A DNA stretch of 39,258 nt from Bigelowiella natans CCMP2755 (taxonomy: Eukaryota; Protista; Cercozoa): NCBI GenBank assembly GCA_000320545.1, contig ADNK01001158.1, forward strand, positions 1 to 39,258, given 5' to 3'. The notes below the pieces were generated by a model, which did not search any database, was not told the DNA's origin, and saw only the letters and a program-made list of their open reading frames with translations. Made by a program: the position numbers and the translations under genes. The number at the start of each line of letters is the position of its first letter. The stretch's first letter is position 1. Below are positions 1 to 12,311 of this stretch, one piece after another.

Positions 1-25
1 CACACACGTACATATGTGTGTATAC

Positions 26-66
<41 letters not shown>

Positions 67-78
67 GTTATAATGGTA

Positions 79-302
79 CCATGGTTCCTATGGTGGTGAT
101 AATAGCGACAACATGATTGATCGCTCTCAAAAGCAGAGAGGGAAATGGAGCAGCCGTTTCACTAGAATCATCAACATCATCCCCCCCCCACAGGTACATA
201 GGATTCAGCGATTACATGTGTGCTGTACTTACGAAGATACAGAGAGGTGGCACTAAGAGGAAAGGAAGCAATTCTTTGCTGCCAGATATGAAAGGTGTCA
301 TC
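79..302 (-). CDS. Possible 5' exons of a gene running off the left edge
   Basis: Minus-strand MTPFISGSKELLPFLLVPPLCIF is followed by a GTAAGT donor. A further hydrophobic piece (AINHVVAIITTIGTM) precedes a GT and a (TA)n tract. No family recognised. Confidence 0.3.
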
Positions 303-1021
303 CTGATCTTGAGATGATAAGCTAAGTACCGATTTGTTCAATTTGGACTTGTAACGATAGCAAAAGGGAAATCTCATTTTTTTTGATAATTAAGTCGATA
401 CGAATGAAAACACACGTTTTGTCTATATTCTCAGAATCCTATCGAGATTACGCCACCCACGTCGTGGAAGAATTACTCGAGACCACACCAACAGATGCGG
501 CATCATAATGATTAATAACAACCCATTCATAAATGCAATCCTGCATTGCAAAAATTAGGCACGTAATCACGTCGAGTCATGCGGAAACCGACCGCGTACG
601 TGCATGTGACACATGGCGCACACACATGTGCGTGCAATTCAGTGGGACAAAAAGAATATATAGCAGTGTCTATGGATACTATCTAGACTTACATAAAGCA
701 TTCGGTCATTTACGTGTCGCTTCCTGCTAGCCTAGCTAATCAATGCGTGGATACAGCATTAGAAGCGAATCATGCACAAGCAGCATGCGTGCGCATGGTG
801 GGCTAGCTAGCTAGCTAACGTAAGGTAGTGAGATCGGATTGACTAGTTGAGCTCTACACATCGCTCTTCACATCTACAATCGCTCCGCCGCGACTTGTGT
901 GTACCGCATACATGTTTGGATGTCGCTCTTGAAATGTGGGTAGGCCTCGTACGTACAACTTTTTATTGTACATACATCTGGTGTGCGCATGAAGGTACAT
1001 AGCTAGATGGCAAAGTGTGAG

Positions 1022-1096
1022 ACATGAGACGGATGTGATGAGAGATGATTGTAATTTTTCAACACTAAAACAGTCTGTTGTAGCTATATGCAGAGC
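1022..1096 (+). repeat. Dispersed ~70 bp element, copy 1 (degenerate second box)
   Basis: ACATGAGACGGATGTGATGA..ATTGTAATT..TAGCTATATGCAGAGC aligns with 7226-7298. Confidence 0.75.
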
Positions 1097-1459
1097 TCCA
1101 GAGCGGTGGCTACAGTGCCAAAATCATGTTTGCTTGTTTCGGCAACTTGTGTGCTCTATCTAGCCATGCTAGCATGCTTGCAAATATGTCGTAGTTGTTG
1201 CGCCCACGACATGCCGCGCAGCGTGCATGCTAGCATGAACTAGTAAGGTAAACATTCACATAAATGGGCCAAAGTATGCAGCCCGTGTAGACGCTAGCAA
1301 GGCGTCCAGGAATTTGGTAAATATTGTTACTTGCTGCCACTTCCAGTGCGCTTGCGATACGATGATTTATGTATAAAACCTGATCAAGCAGAGTAGGCTA
1401 AGGATATTTAAAGTAGTTGCACGGATTAGGAATAGCAGCAGTAGGAAGTATGAACACCG

Positions 1460-2836
1460 TCATCTCCCATCTAGACGCCTCCCTCCTCTTCCGCTGCTGC
1501 TGGACCAACGTTCTCTACACTTTTGCGCAAGCTTTGTTCCATACTGCGCCAGTCGAATTGAGCAGTGAATTAGCACCCCAAAGACAAAACCATTCACGTG
1601 GCCGCGGTGAAAAGTCTTCTCAAAAGACACGATGGAGCTGTTATCTCTGCAGAGGGCATCATACGCGACCGAAAATAGACCGCTCTCCTGCGCTAATCTT
1701 GATGTCACGATCAGAATATTTGCTAACAGATAAGGATCGCTTTCAGTTCTGTAGTAGATTTCACGGTACAGCTGGTACACATGCAGCGATAGTTGTTCGG
1801 TGTGAGCCATGAAGCACGCCCCACTTAAAGCATACACACCAGCTGATGATCCTATAACCTGTTTCTCAAACAGCTTTTTCGGAGTATACCGATCGATGAA
1901 GCTTTCAATGCTGTTACACACACCATTGAAGAATCGACCTATTACACTTGGCCTTCTTTCCACGTCTTCGCGCCCCCCAAGGATCGGCCTCAAAAAGCGT
2001 TCCCACAGCGCCTTTCTTTCCTCACCTGACGACGACCGCTCTGCCACCTTGTCCCCAGCCCAATGAAACCAGCGAAAGCCTTCAGTCGGGAAATGATCAA
2101 CAAGAACTCCATATATCTATGCATTGAATCCCAGGTCAGCATTTTATTGAAAAGATTCGGATGCATTGATAATTCTATCTTACCCCTCCTCCGAAAAACG
2201 TCAGGTATAACCCTCCAGCTCCAAGACTATTGTGCACGCATGGAAACTAGAAAGGATTGGGGAGAAAATGGAAGTCAGAGAATCATCCATTCCGTTCTTG
2301 AAATCTATTAGCATTATCACCGTTAAAACTTGGCCAAACACGTTTCCAAAAAGGTGTGCTTCGTTCATATGCAGGAACATGTAGGACAATGGCGACCACC
2401 ATTTGCCCTCATTCCAAAACTTGGAAGGATAGAAGGAAAATACATCCAGCATTTTTGGAGTGATATTCGGAATCAGTGCCTCGCATGCAACTAAAGGTGG
2501 CACCTAATCATTGCGAATAAGTGTTGGTCATCATTGCACATACTCCACATCTGGCCAATCCATGGAATCCAACATCTTACCAGAAGTTGAGGCACAATGA
2601 TTGCAGCGTACAAATTGAAGTCGGCTTTCCACTTAGAATACACGTAATGGAAAAATCATCAAACCCACTGGCAGACGTTTTAGTGAGTGAATTAATGTCG
2701 TCCATCCAGTGGGTGCAAACAAAAACTTGGTGGAAAGATAGAGGAGAAGCATACTACATTAATTCAAAGTGAAGAAGGTTGGTAATAATATTGAAGATTT
2801 GACAGCCGTCACCTGCGTAGCTAACCAAGCACCCAT
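1460..2836 (-). CDS. Rhomboid-family intramembrane serine protease (multi-exon; 5' exons uncertain)
   Basis: Exon translations give WWSPLSYMFLHMNEAHLFGNVFG (rhomboid L1/TM2 HxxxN region), GSSAG (catalytic Ser) and HRGHVNGFVFG (catalytic His). Stop at 1460. Candidate start MGAWLATQ at 2836 is followed by a GT donor. Confidence 0.85.
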
Positions 2837-3229
2837 CTTCAGATCCCTCCCAGACCCTTACAATATTCAACGCCCCCCCTGTCGTGTATACGCCGCCTAT
2901 CCACTCAACCCGTGAGATGAGAGAGGCAGGGGAAGGATGTGCTCTCCTGGCGTGTGTTCAACAAGAAAGCCTGAAAATGCCCTGGATTTACTGTCTCCGT
3001 CAAAAATATTTGGGAATTATAGCCAACAAATGCCCTCCTGCTTTCTTTCTATCTTCGTATGCCCGAGACATTCGCAGGTCTCTGTAAGTCCCCTGCTTGA
3101 TAAGGGAGCGACACGGTGAAATGTATGTCGTAGGATATTATTAGATAATCTGTTTTTCGGACAACTCTGCCGCTCGCAGCTCGCAGGAGCGAACGTAACT
3201 CCCGCCATCCTCCTCCCCCAGCAGCAGAC

Positions 3230-6200
3230 ATGGGTTCAGGATCAGACCTTTCAGATAGGGAAAAGTGGTACGAGATTGGTTACCAAGTCCTCGCCGGGGC
3301 ATGTGTCTATGCGGCTCTTGTCCTATTCGCATTGTTTTTCCGTCGGCAAAGGGTGGATGGTGTACCAGATCCGTTTACCTCATGCAGCCTTTATGTGAAG
3401 AGCTTCTCAGCACAATTTAAGGGAGACATTGCATTCAGCATTCTTGCCGCTCTGAATATGTTTTTTTGCATCACATTTATACTTCGCGCCTACGAGAAGG
3501 ACTACCCAGGATGGATGCAAGTGACTGAGATGTTGGCTACTGTAATCTTCATGGTACAAGTGGTATTCGACTATGGAGGCTCGAACACCAAGTTGCTGTT
3601 TCTGGGGAGCATCTCTAACATCACAAATATATTTGCCATTGCTTCGACGTGGTATCAAGTTACAAATAACTTTTACCTCGGCCTTGGTTTTCTTCGTTCA
3701 ATCAATTGCCTCACCTGTATCGGGCTTCTAAAATATAGAGACGTACTTTGCGGAAGTCTCGGAAAGGAACTCTTTATGCTCATTTCAACTGTAATCTCAT
3801 ATGTATTTGTCTTTGCCGGCCTTATTTTCATCATCGAATCTCTTGGCGATATTCCGGTACTGCATCATCAAATTTAACGAATTTAAAAATAACTGCTAGC
3901 AACATATACTCATCTCACAATTATCACATCAGGGAGTGACTTACGAACCAACGGAATGGAGTATCTTTAACTCCTTTTATTTCATGATTGTTACCTTGTC
4001 TACTGTCGGATACGGAGACTTCTTCGCGACAACGTTGTTTGGCCGTCTGGTGATGATTTGCTGCATTGCGGTTGGAATTATTATCTTCGGGGCTCAAACA
4101 GGAGAACTGGTAGCAATAATACAAGCGTCGAACCTTGGGCGCGGGCGTTTTAGAAATTCTGACTACAGCAAGTTCGTGGTATTTTGCGGAGAATTAAACG
4201 AAGATATATTAGATCTGGCAATGAACCAAATATTGCACCCTGAGCGGCTTGAAAAGCTCGGCTCTGACACGAAAATCGTGGTCCTTTGTGTGAACGAAGC
4301 CCAATTACTATCTTTCAGAGCATATTTTTTCGCCGACAATGATAAAGATCGCGACGTTGTAAAGAATCTTCTCCTTTTTGTTGGGAATCCTCTTAACTCG
4401 GATGACCTGCAGCGCATACAGATCGAAAATGCAGAGGCTGTCTTCGTTGTCGGCCCAGAATCTAGTGAATTTATTGAAGCAAGGGATTTGAAGCTGATGT
4501 ACACTGCAGTAGCTGTTCGGCGATATTTAAAAGTCAGCCAGGCGGCCGGGACGAAATATCACGTTCCCATCAACATCGTCATTTCACAATGGAAGCATTT
4601 CCAGATTTACAATCACCCTTTGCTCACCGACCCACTTGCAGATGTGGATGTGGTCTCCTACAATAAACACGTCAATACTCTGCTGGCATCGAGCTGCTTT
4701 GCGCCGGGATTCCTTCCCTTCTTGTCGAGTATTATCACCACTATTGGATCTAGAGAAGAAGAGGGAATTGATGGGGACCCCGAATGGCTGAGGCTCTACC
4801 TGGAGGGGGCAGACAACGAAATCTTCAGTTTCAGGCCAAAAAATGACATCTATGACAGGAGCTTTTGGGAGATCTATAAGGAAATGGGAGAGAACCGTGT
4901 GTTGCTAATCGGTTATGTGCGGAAAAACGGATGGGTCTATCTTGCTCCTGGAGAGAAGCATTGCAAAATCCCCAAAGGAGCTTCCTTAGTTGCTATAGCA
5001 GCCAATGATTCTGCCCTTTCGCAGTATCGAAATACTGAGCTTGATGTGGAGACCTCCAAGGGCCATCCAATGCAGATTGCAATCCAGGATCAAGGGTTAC
5101 TGAAATCTTATAAGAAGGCCAAAATCGTTATGAAGCAGACGTACGACCTTAGCGGCGTAGCTCGTGTTAGTACTACTATTTCCAACACCCCAACTTCGAT
5201 CGATGTAAAATCTGCAGCTAATCTCAGTGAAGCTGCAGCAGATAATTCCGAGTTGTATGAAAGCGATCTAACGGCGATTCGAGATGGATGGGTCCGGTTT
5301 ACGCCCTTTGCTCTGGAGACCGAATCACTTGACAGTGTGAATAAAATCTCCTTTGAAATCTATGGAACGGCCGAGGACGAGCAGGATGTTGTTTTCCTTG
5401 GAAGCGCAAGTGTCAAACCGGAAGATTTTAAGAAATCCGTGGAAGCGACGTCAGATTCCGTAGAGCTAAAGGACAGTATACTTTTTCGAACCGAGATCCT
5501 TAGTGACGGGCAAAAGGCAAATCTCCTCGTCGAGCTACCTACAAGAAAGAAAAAAGGGAAAAAGAATGAGGACCTCAAGGTTGTCGATAGGAACATTGCA
5601 GCAAGGGCTAAAAGGCAGGCTATTATCCACACCCAGCGATCAGCGAGGTTGGCCGAAAAGGTGAAGCAGCTGGAGACCGTTGATGGAAGAGACGAACAAG
5701 CGAGATTGATGATGGTTGAGGTGAAGACGGGTAAAAGACTTCCGTGCATTCTCGATAACGGGCATGTAATCATTTTCGATCCCAAGCCAGGAAACCTGAA
5801 GTACCTTCTTCAGCCAATAAAAAGACGCCGGAAGATGTGCAATCAGAGGGCAGCGATTAAGATCGTGATCATCCATCGGCAGAAGCTTTCCTCTTGCTAC
5901 AGCTCGATGTCTGATGCGTATCCTCTGATGGACGGCGTGTATTGGGTGAGAAATAGCGTTCGTGACGTATCGCTTTTTACAGAGATAAGAGCGGGACGAG
6001 CCAGTCAGATCATTATTAGCACTCACGGCCTGAAAGGCGGGGAAGACGATGCTTCCGATTATGATCTACCGGAAGATGCGCCAGCGATGTTCTTAACGGT
6101 ACAGTTGAGCGATTTCCTTAAGAGGTCTCACAATGCTGGCGGACCGTATGTTCCAGTTGTCACAGAGCTGCAGAGTGAGGCCACGATGGGTATGATGCAG

Positions 6201-6833
6201 TACTGGAATGACCAACGAAGGTTCACACACCCATTGTACGCGGAAGGGAGCGTTGTTGTAAAAAACATTCCACAGCTCCTACTCATGCAGAGTCTTGATA
6301 GCCAATTTCTCCTTAAAGTCTTCACGGCCATGGTTATCACTTCAAACAAAGAAGGGACGGCGCAGGCCTACGGGATCAAAGTCCAGACCATGGTAAAAGC
6401 ATCTGGTTTCACTGGCACGAATTGGGGGGATCTACGAAGGCATTTCACGGAACGCAAGAAGTCCAGAATTATTCCAATGGCGCTGTTCACGAGCCGTGAG
6501 GAGGAGCAAAAGCTGTACCGATTCTGTGTGACACATCCCAAGGACAACCTTCCTCTCAGAATTGAAACCGATAGGGTTATTGTACTTAGCGCCAAGGTGC
6601 CACAAGAGGTTCTTATGGACCTTAAGAAGGACGAGAGGGCAATTGAGAAGGCCAACGAGGAAGACAAAATCAAGAGAATTGAAACCAAACGTTTGGCCGA
6701 GTCGAAGAAGATGACGAATGAGAAAAAGAAATCTATGGGGAATTTATTAAGTGTGGCGTCCAGTGGGAGCAGACTGGAACTACATTCACTAAAGGCAGCT
6801 TTGAAACCTGCCGACAAAGAAGGCAAGATGTAG
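3230..6833 (+). CDS. Slo/BK-type potassium channel alpha subunit with two RCK domains (intron 3857-3932)
   Basis: ORFs 3230-3877 and 3936-6833 join in frame across GT(3857)..AG(3932). S0-S6 hydrophobic segments, pore TLSTVGYGD, RCK1 motifs (VVFCGE, GNPLNSDDLQR, LLASSCFAPG) and RCK2 motifs (HVIIF, VVTEL..PLYAEGSV). Confidence 0.93.
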
Positions 6834-7225
6834 AATAGACCGACTTCTGCATCAGTTTTTATCATCTCTGCTCAAGTTTTGTTCGAATAAGTGTCACTGC
6901 TGTGCTAGAGAGCAATCGGACAGCCGCATTGTATCTGTTCTTCAGTTAAACATGAAGGCTTTTGTGAGTGTGTGTGCATAATATGTACTACAAACAGAAC
7001 AATTAGAACATTTTTCTACTCTGTGGACGGGCGAATGGCAATGCACGATTTAACTAACTAAATTGTGTGCACTTGCTATGTCGTAGTAGTGTCGCTGATG
7101 CTTACATAACACCTGCTAGAGCGTGTGCATGCTAGCATGCTGCCTAGCTGCAGCAATTGCTAACGTACTCGCTAATGATTGTGCGATCAATGATGGCGCT
7201 TCTAATCCACGGGCTGCATCGCAGA

Positions 7226-7298
7226 ACATGAGACGGATGTAATGAACAAGTTGAATTTATTTAATTGTAATTGTCATCCTAATATAGCTGTGCAAAGC
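7226..7298 (+). repeat. Dispersed ~70 bp element, copy 2
   Basis: ACATGAGACGGATGTAATGAA - AT-rich spacer - GTCATCCTAATATAGCTGTGCAA. Confidence 0.85.
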
Positions 7299-7800
7299 AC
7301 ATGTGATGTTTGCAGCATGCGTGCTGACGATTCGAAGCTGTGATTGCATTTTTTGAGCATTGTAGCTAGCGTTGCAGTACCATAATATCTAGACCAAAGC
7401 ACCGAAGTGTGTACACAGCGCGTGGCCATGCTATGCAGTTCGTACGTCGCGTGCATCCCAGGCGAGTAGAAATGCCCTGCTAGCTCATCGCATGCAAAGC
7501 TTGAAAGCTGGAAATGCAAACTATGTGCGTGTTGACTGGGAATAGTTGCGTAATGCGCAAATATGTGATTTCATTCTGCCCCCCGGCAACACATCTATGC
7601 ATAGTCGACTATTTATAAAACCTTACGTATGAGTAGGAGACGTCCATACACGCACATCTGTCATTGCGATTTCCTATGAGTGCGTGTATGTAGTGTGTAT
7701 GCTATCCGCTAGTGGAGGGCCATAAGATACTCATGTTGGCAATTACTGCAATCATGCGATTCAAGACCGAATATGATGAGGCTATCAGTACTAACATCTG

Positions 7801-7954
7801 CTAGAGAATCTTGTTTCCAAGAGCTGACGCCACCAGATGGATTCCCAATTCCACGGTCGCATTTGCACCATCTACAACAAAATGAAGCAATCTATTCATT
7901 GGACATCAGTTCGGAGTCAAGGGCTAGAGAAGGAATGTTTAATATTATAAATAT

Positions 7955-8022
<68 letters not shown>

Positions 8023-9145
8023 CATACAGCAATAGGAGAGCATTACATTGTTCTAAGATCTATTAGTGTTACCAGAGTGAGATAGAGTAGGATTGACCTC
8101 CACGATGTCCATTGACCCTGATATAGCATGGGTATAGTCTCACCAAGCAGTTGCAGCCATATCAGTAGCAGCAGCAGCAGTAGTAGTAGTAGTACCCAAC
8201 ATCCCTGTCTCAGCGAGACGTTCCGCGATGTAGTGCGCTTCCCTTTATAAAAGCCAACATTAGGGAGATATCATTGAGATTTGCTGTAATCGTGGAGGAG
8301 TTCTCAAGTTCTAGCAACGACACCTTAAAGTAAAGCCTCCACGTACCATCGTCCCCTTTACCAACATCATTACATTAATTCACACTACCATGGTAGGGTT
8401 CTAAATCATCGTTGGTTCCATCAAATATCATAGAAAACGACAGTGCTGCTAGCATGTCATCACTTCTAATAAGATAGGAAGGAGGCTTCGGGGAAGGGGG
8501 GAAGGGAGACCATATCTACTCTGCTCTTAATGAAACAACAAAATACTTACTGTGGCTGGCGCGTGATCTGGATCAACAGCGTCGATGTCGTAGCTAGAAG
8601 GAGGAGGAGGGGATAAATACCGCAACAGCAGATGGATGATAGTATCCAAAAAGTAGGAGAATAAACTCACAATGAATCATTGAATCCACGATATGGTTCA
8701 CCGCGATAAACAAATAAAAGAAGTAGCGGAGAGTCGAAGAATGCGTTGTACAAACCACCAACCTCAGGTGGATGGGACGCTCTTTGCCATCCTTCAAGAA
8801 GCTATGTATGCAATGCTCCATCACCTACCGCATTGTACACCTCTAATTGAAACAACAAGACGTGTCGGTCTGTTTTCCTGTCTTCCTCTCGCAATTCATG
8901 GGCACGTAACATTTGTGTTAAGTGCGCCTTTTCTTAAATCTCCCTTATGAGAATAGTAACAATCATTATCATGGCCGGCTGCTGCATCATCAGCCCCACA
9001 TCATTATCATATGATCATCATCCGTCACCTGCCCGATCCCGTACCGATCAACGTGATACATGCTGTAAGCTGAAGGAGGAGGAGGAGGAAAGACACATAT
9101 ATTTCCATGTAGGGAGAAGAAGAAACAAGAAAAGAACAAGAAGCA

Positions 9146-9187
<42 letters not shown>

Positions 9188-11845
9188 CATGCTTAGATGA
9201 TAAACATCAACCAGGTGATAAGTCCAACATCAACAATCGCTGACATGATGGCCCTATCCATTTACCCCACCCACCTTTAATGCCAAGCTCCGAAATCTTC
9301 TCTCTTTCCCCAGGATCAACGTCACGCAAGCCTTAATCGTTCAGATACGCGTGTAACATCATCGTCGTATATTGTATTGTAGACCAGACACGTAGTAGTA
9401 GTAGTAGTAGCAAAAGTAAGCAGCAAACAGTAGTATCATATCGTATCAAATACTAATTACCAATGAATGCAAGGTTCTCCGGATCCAACTTGGGGTAGCT
9501 GCTCAGATGTATGTACGACGTGTCATGGACATGAGGAGGGATGATAAGAATGACGATAAATAGGAATAGGAATAGGAGGAGGAGGAGGAGGAAATACAGT
9601 TATAGAATATCGAGTTTTGTTACTCTTGCAGCCATTCAAAACCAGGAGGGATGACGTCCGTAAGACCCATTAAGAACGATATCGGCATGCCATGAAGGTT
9701 TCCACTGGAAGAAGAAGAAGAAGAAGAAGAAGAAGAAGAAGAAGAAAGTAAATAATAGAGGAGGGGAGGAGAAGAAGGAGGAAAATATCGAAAGAAGTGT
9801 TACTAAGAAGAATCAAGACAAGAAAATAAGAAATAAGCTGTGTAGGCGTCGTTATCATCAGAGTCATTACTACCTGGGACTGGTTTCAGGAGTGTTAATA
9901 TCTGCATGCGCATCTACCCATACAATAGCCTGTACCACAGTTACAAATTAACAAACCGAAAGAAAGATCAGGGAGGGGGAAAGCAGTAGAGAGATGGGGC
10001 ACTCAACTAGCGCAACAATCATCATCCTACCCAAACAGATACATGCAGGCAGATATAATGGAAGGTGGTGGCAGTGAACATATATAACCAAGTCTGGCCT
10101 TGCCCTGAGAATCCCAGCTATCGATCCTGTGATGATGTTTTATCAGGGGGGGGAACAGCACCAGTAAAGGAGCAAGGTGCGCGGTGAAACCAGAGTAGAT
10201 CACATCACATAAGGAGGGCGAGAAAGGGGGGGGGGGGCAAGCAGCGAAATGGCTACAGCAAGAATTACCCAGAGCAATACTGTGATCCCCACCGATTACT
10301 GATCAAGAGAAATGAGAAGCAAATGTATGGTACTATTATATTTGCAATGGACAATGCGTTAAAGAACTAATTAGTTTTAAGAAATGTTCTTTAGACCAAG
10401 TGGAAAGCGCCCGCTGGAAGCAAGCTCATAGGTCTGCAGTAGTAGTCAATTCAAACAACAGCAGCAAACTCTTTTCATCCATACTATTCTAATAGCCTAA
10501 GCAAGTTTACACCACCTATGGTGTTGGTCATCATCATCATCATCATCATCATCGCTTTGTTTATGGGTTAGGTAGAAGCAACCTCATTGGCTAGTTTTTC
10601 ACAAGCTTGCCCCACGGCGTAGGCATTCTTCAGATTATATCTGGTTGGTAGCATCATTGGACACACAGCCTGGTTCACTCGGCGACTTACAAACGAAAAA
10701 CGACAGGAATGCTATTTTGTCTCACCCCTTTGCTACTGGATCATCGAATTTAGGCTCCTAGAATAGATATGTATCCTATCACTGCAAGAATGCGTTCCAG
10801 AGTGCGAACAACATGTGGTTGGCAATTTGGCTAGATGTTGACACTGTTCGGCCGAGAATATTTCACTTTATTTTCGGTTTGTCCACCTCAAATTGGAGAT
10901 CGCCTCTGTTTTCAAGCCGCTGTCGCATAGATGACGATTAGACGATTAGTCACCATCCAAATTAAAAGATATATTATATCGCTATTACCCATTCCAACTT
11001 CGTCACGTAGTCACCAAGACCTCGATTTCGCATTAACTCCGGACCCTGCATGAAGAAGGGGAGTAGCATAAAAGTTGTATTAGAGATTGGAGGCCACTAT
11101 GGTTATTGAATTGATTACGAATGAGACTGCGTTAATTCAGGCGAAGCTTCAACCTGATCAGTGCCTCCCCTCGGCTGACCCCAAGAGAAAGGCATCCCAA
11201 CCACGCTACACGTTCTGACGATGAGAACAATATGGTCTCAGCTACTATATCCGTATGATTTACCAATTCTGTGATTGATGAGAAGAGCAGCAATGTGAAA
11301 TATACACACCTTGGATGTTTTAGGAAGTGTGGAAGTCTTTGTGGCCGGTCCGGGTGTATTTGCTCCTTAACAATCCCCCCCCCTGATGATATTGTTTAGG
11401 CAGAATCACGTCAGAAGAATCAAAAAGAATCAGAAGTAACTATGTTAATGAATATCCATACCGAAGACTGTGAGTAAAGGAACAGGTTGGCGCCAGAGTT
11501 GTAAACGTTAAATCGTATGCATCAAGCAAAGGTGGAAACTAGTCAGTGGATCGAGCATAAGTTTGAAGCATCGGCCATAAGAATACATCAGATGCAGGGA
11601 GATGTTACATCTGCTTGCGTGAAAATGCATCACGTGGCAGGAATTAACTCACTCGTGGTCTTCTGGGAAATGACGGTAAGGCTCTCGTATCCTAATAACA
11701 AGAGGAGATGCATATCAAGGCCTGCACATTCTTCATTCTGTAACGATGATAAGTGCTGACCCCTTTTCTGAACAGCGCTAGTTGTTCTGCCTATGGTGGA
11801 AGACAAAACAGTCTTTCCCCTGCAAATCCTGCTGAAGCCAATCAT
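7801..11845 (-). CDS. ARG: Arginase (ureohydrolase family), about 23 short exons, probable mitochondrial presequence
   Basis: Assembled exons read [99 protein letters not shown], ending ASALGNKIL*. All Mn-binding motifs are present. The N-terminus MIGFSRICRGKTVLSSTIGRTTSAVQKR is basic, Ser/Thr-rich and has no acidic residues. Confidence 0.95.
7955..8017. repeat. Compound (TA)n(GA)n microsatellite in the last arginase intron
   Basis: Directly visible. Confidence 0.95.
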
Positions 11846-12311
11846 TGTAGGTGGAAGATGGAAGAAGGGGGAGGAGCTGACGGAACGTGGCAAGAAGCAC
11901 TAGGTTGGAATACCGATGTGCGACAACCTAATCTGTGTCGCAGGATGCAAAAAGGACCATGCGAATGCGAGTTCTCGGCCTTTGCATGCCGTCGCGTGTC
12001 AGAAATCACCTGAACAGAAATTCGGAACCGGGAATGCTCCGGGTACCCTACTTTTATTATTTGCATTGTGTGTGTGTGTGTGTGCTGTGGATTCCAGAAG
12101 TCGAAGTCAAACCCTACCTGTAGCGAGATACTACTACTACCTACTACTACGTACCAGGAATGACCTTCTTCTATGAGAACGAACTTCTGAATTCAGAACT
12201 TCAGTAGTTAGTGTTCCTTGAATCCTCCTCGTAAACTCTGTCGGCTCAATTCGCTACAGCCACAGACGAGCGAAGTGCTGCCACGTCGTCTGCGACCCAG
12301 CCCTCCCTCCA

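Noticed and set aside
4163-6865. Antisense ORFs over the K+ channel (likewise over 35690-36273)
   Set aside because: Shadow frames of real coding sequence.
12185-12198. 14 bp palindrome TTCTGAATTCAGAA in a divergent promoter, resembling a heat-shock element
   Set aside because: The GAA/TTC spacing does not fit nGAAn pentamer arrays, and it occurs once.
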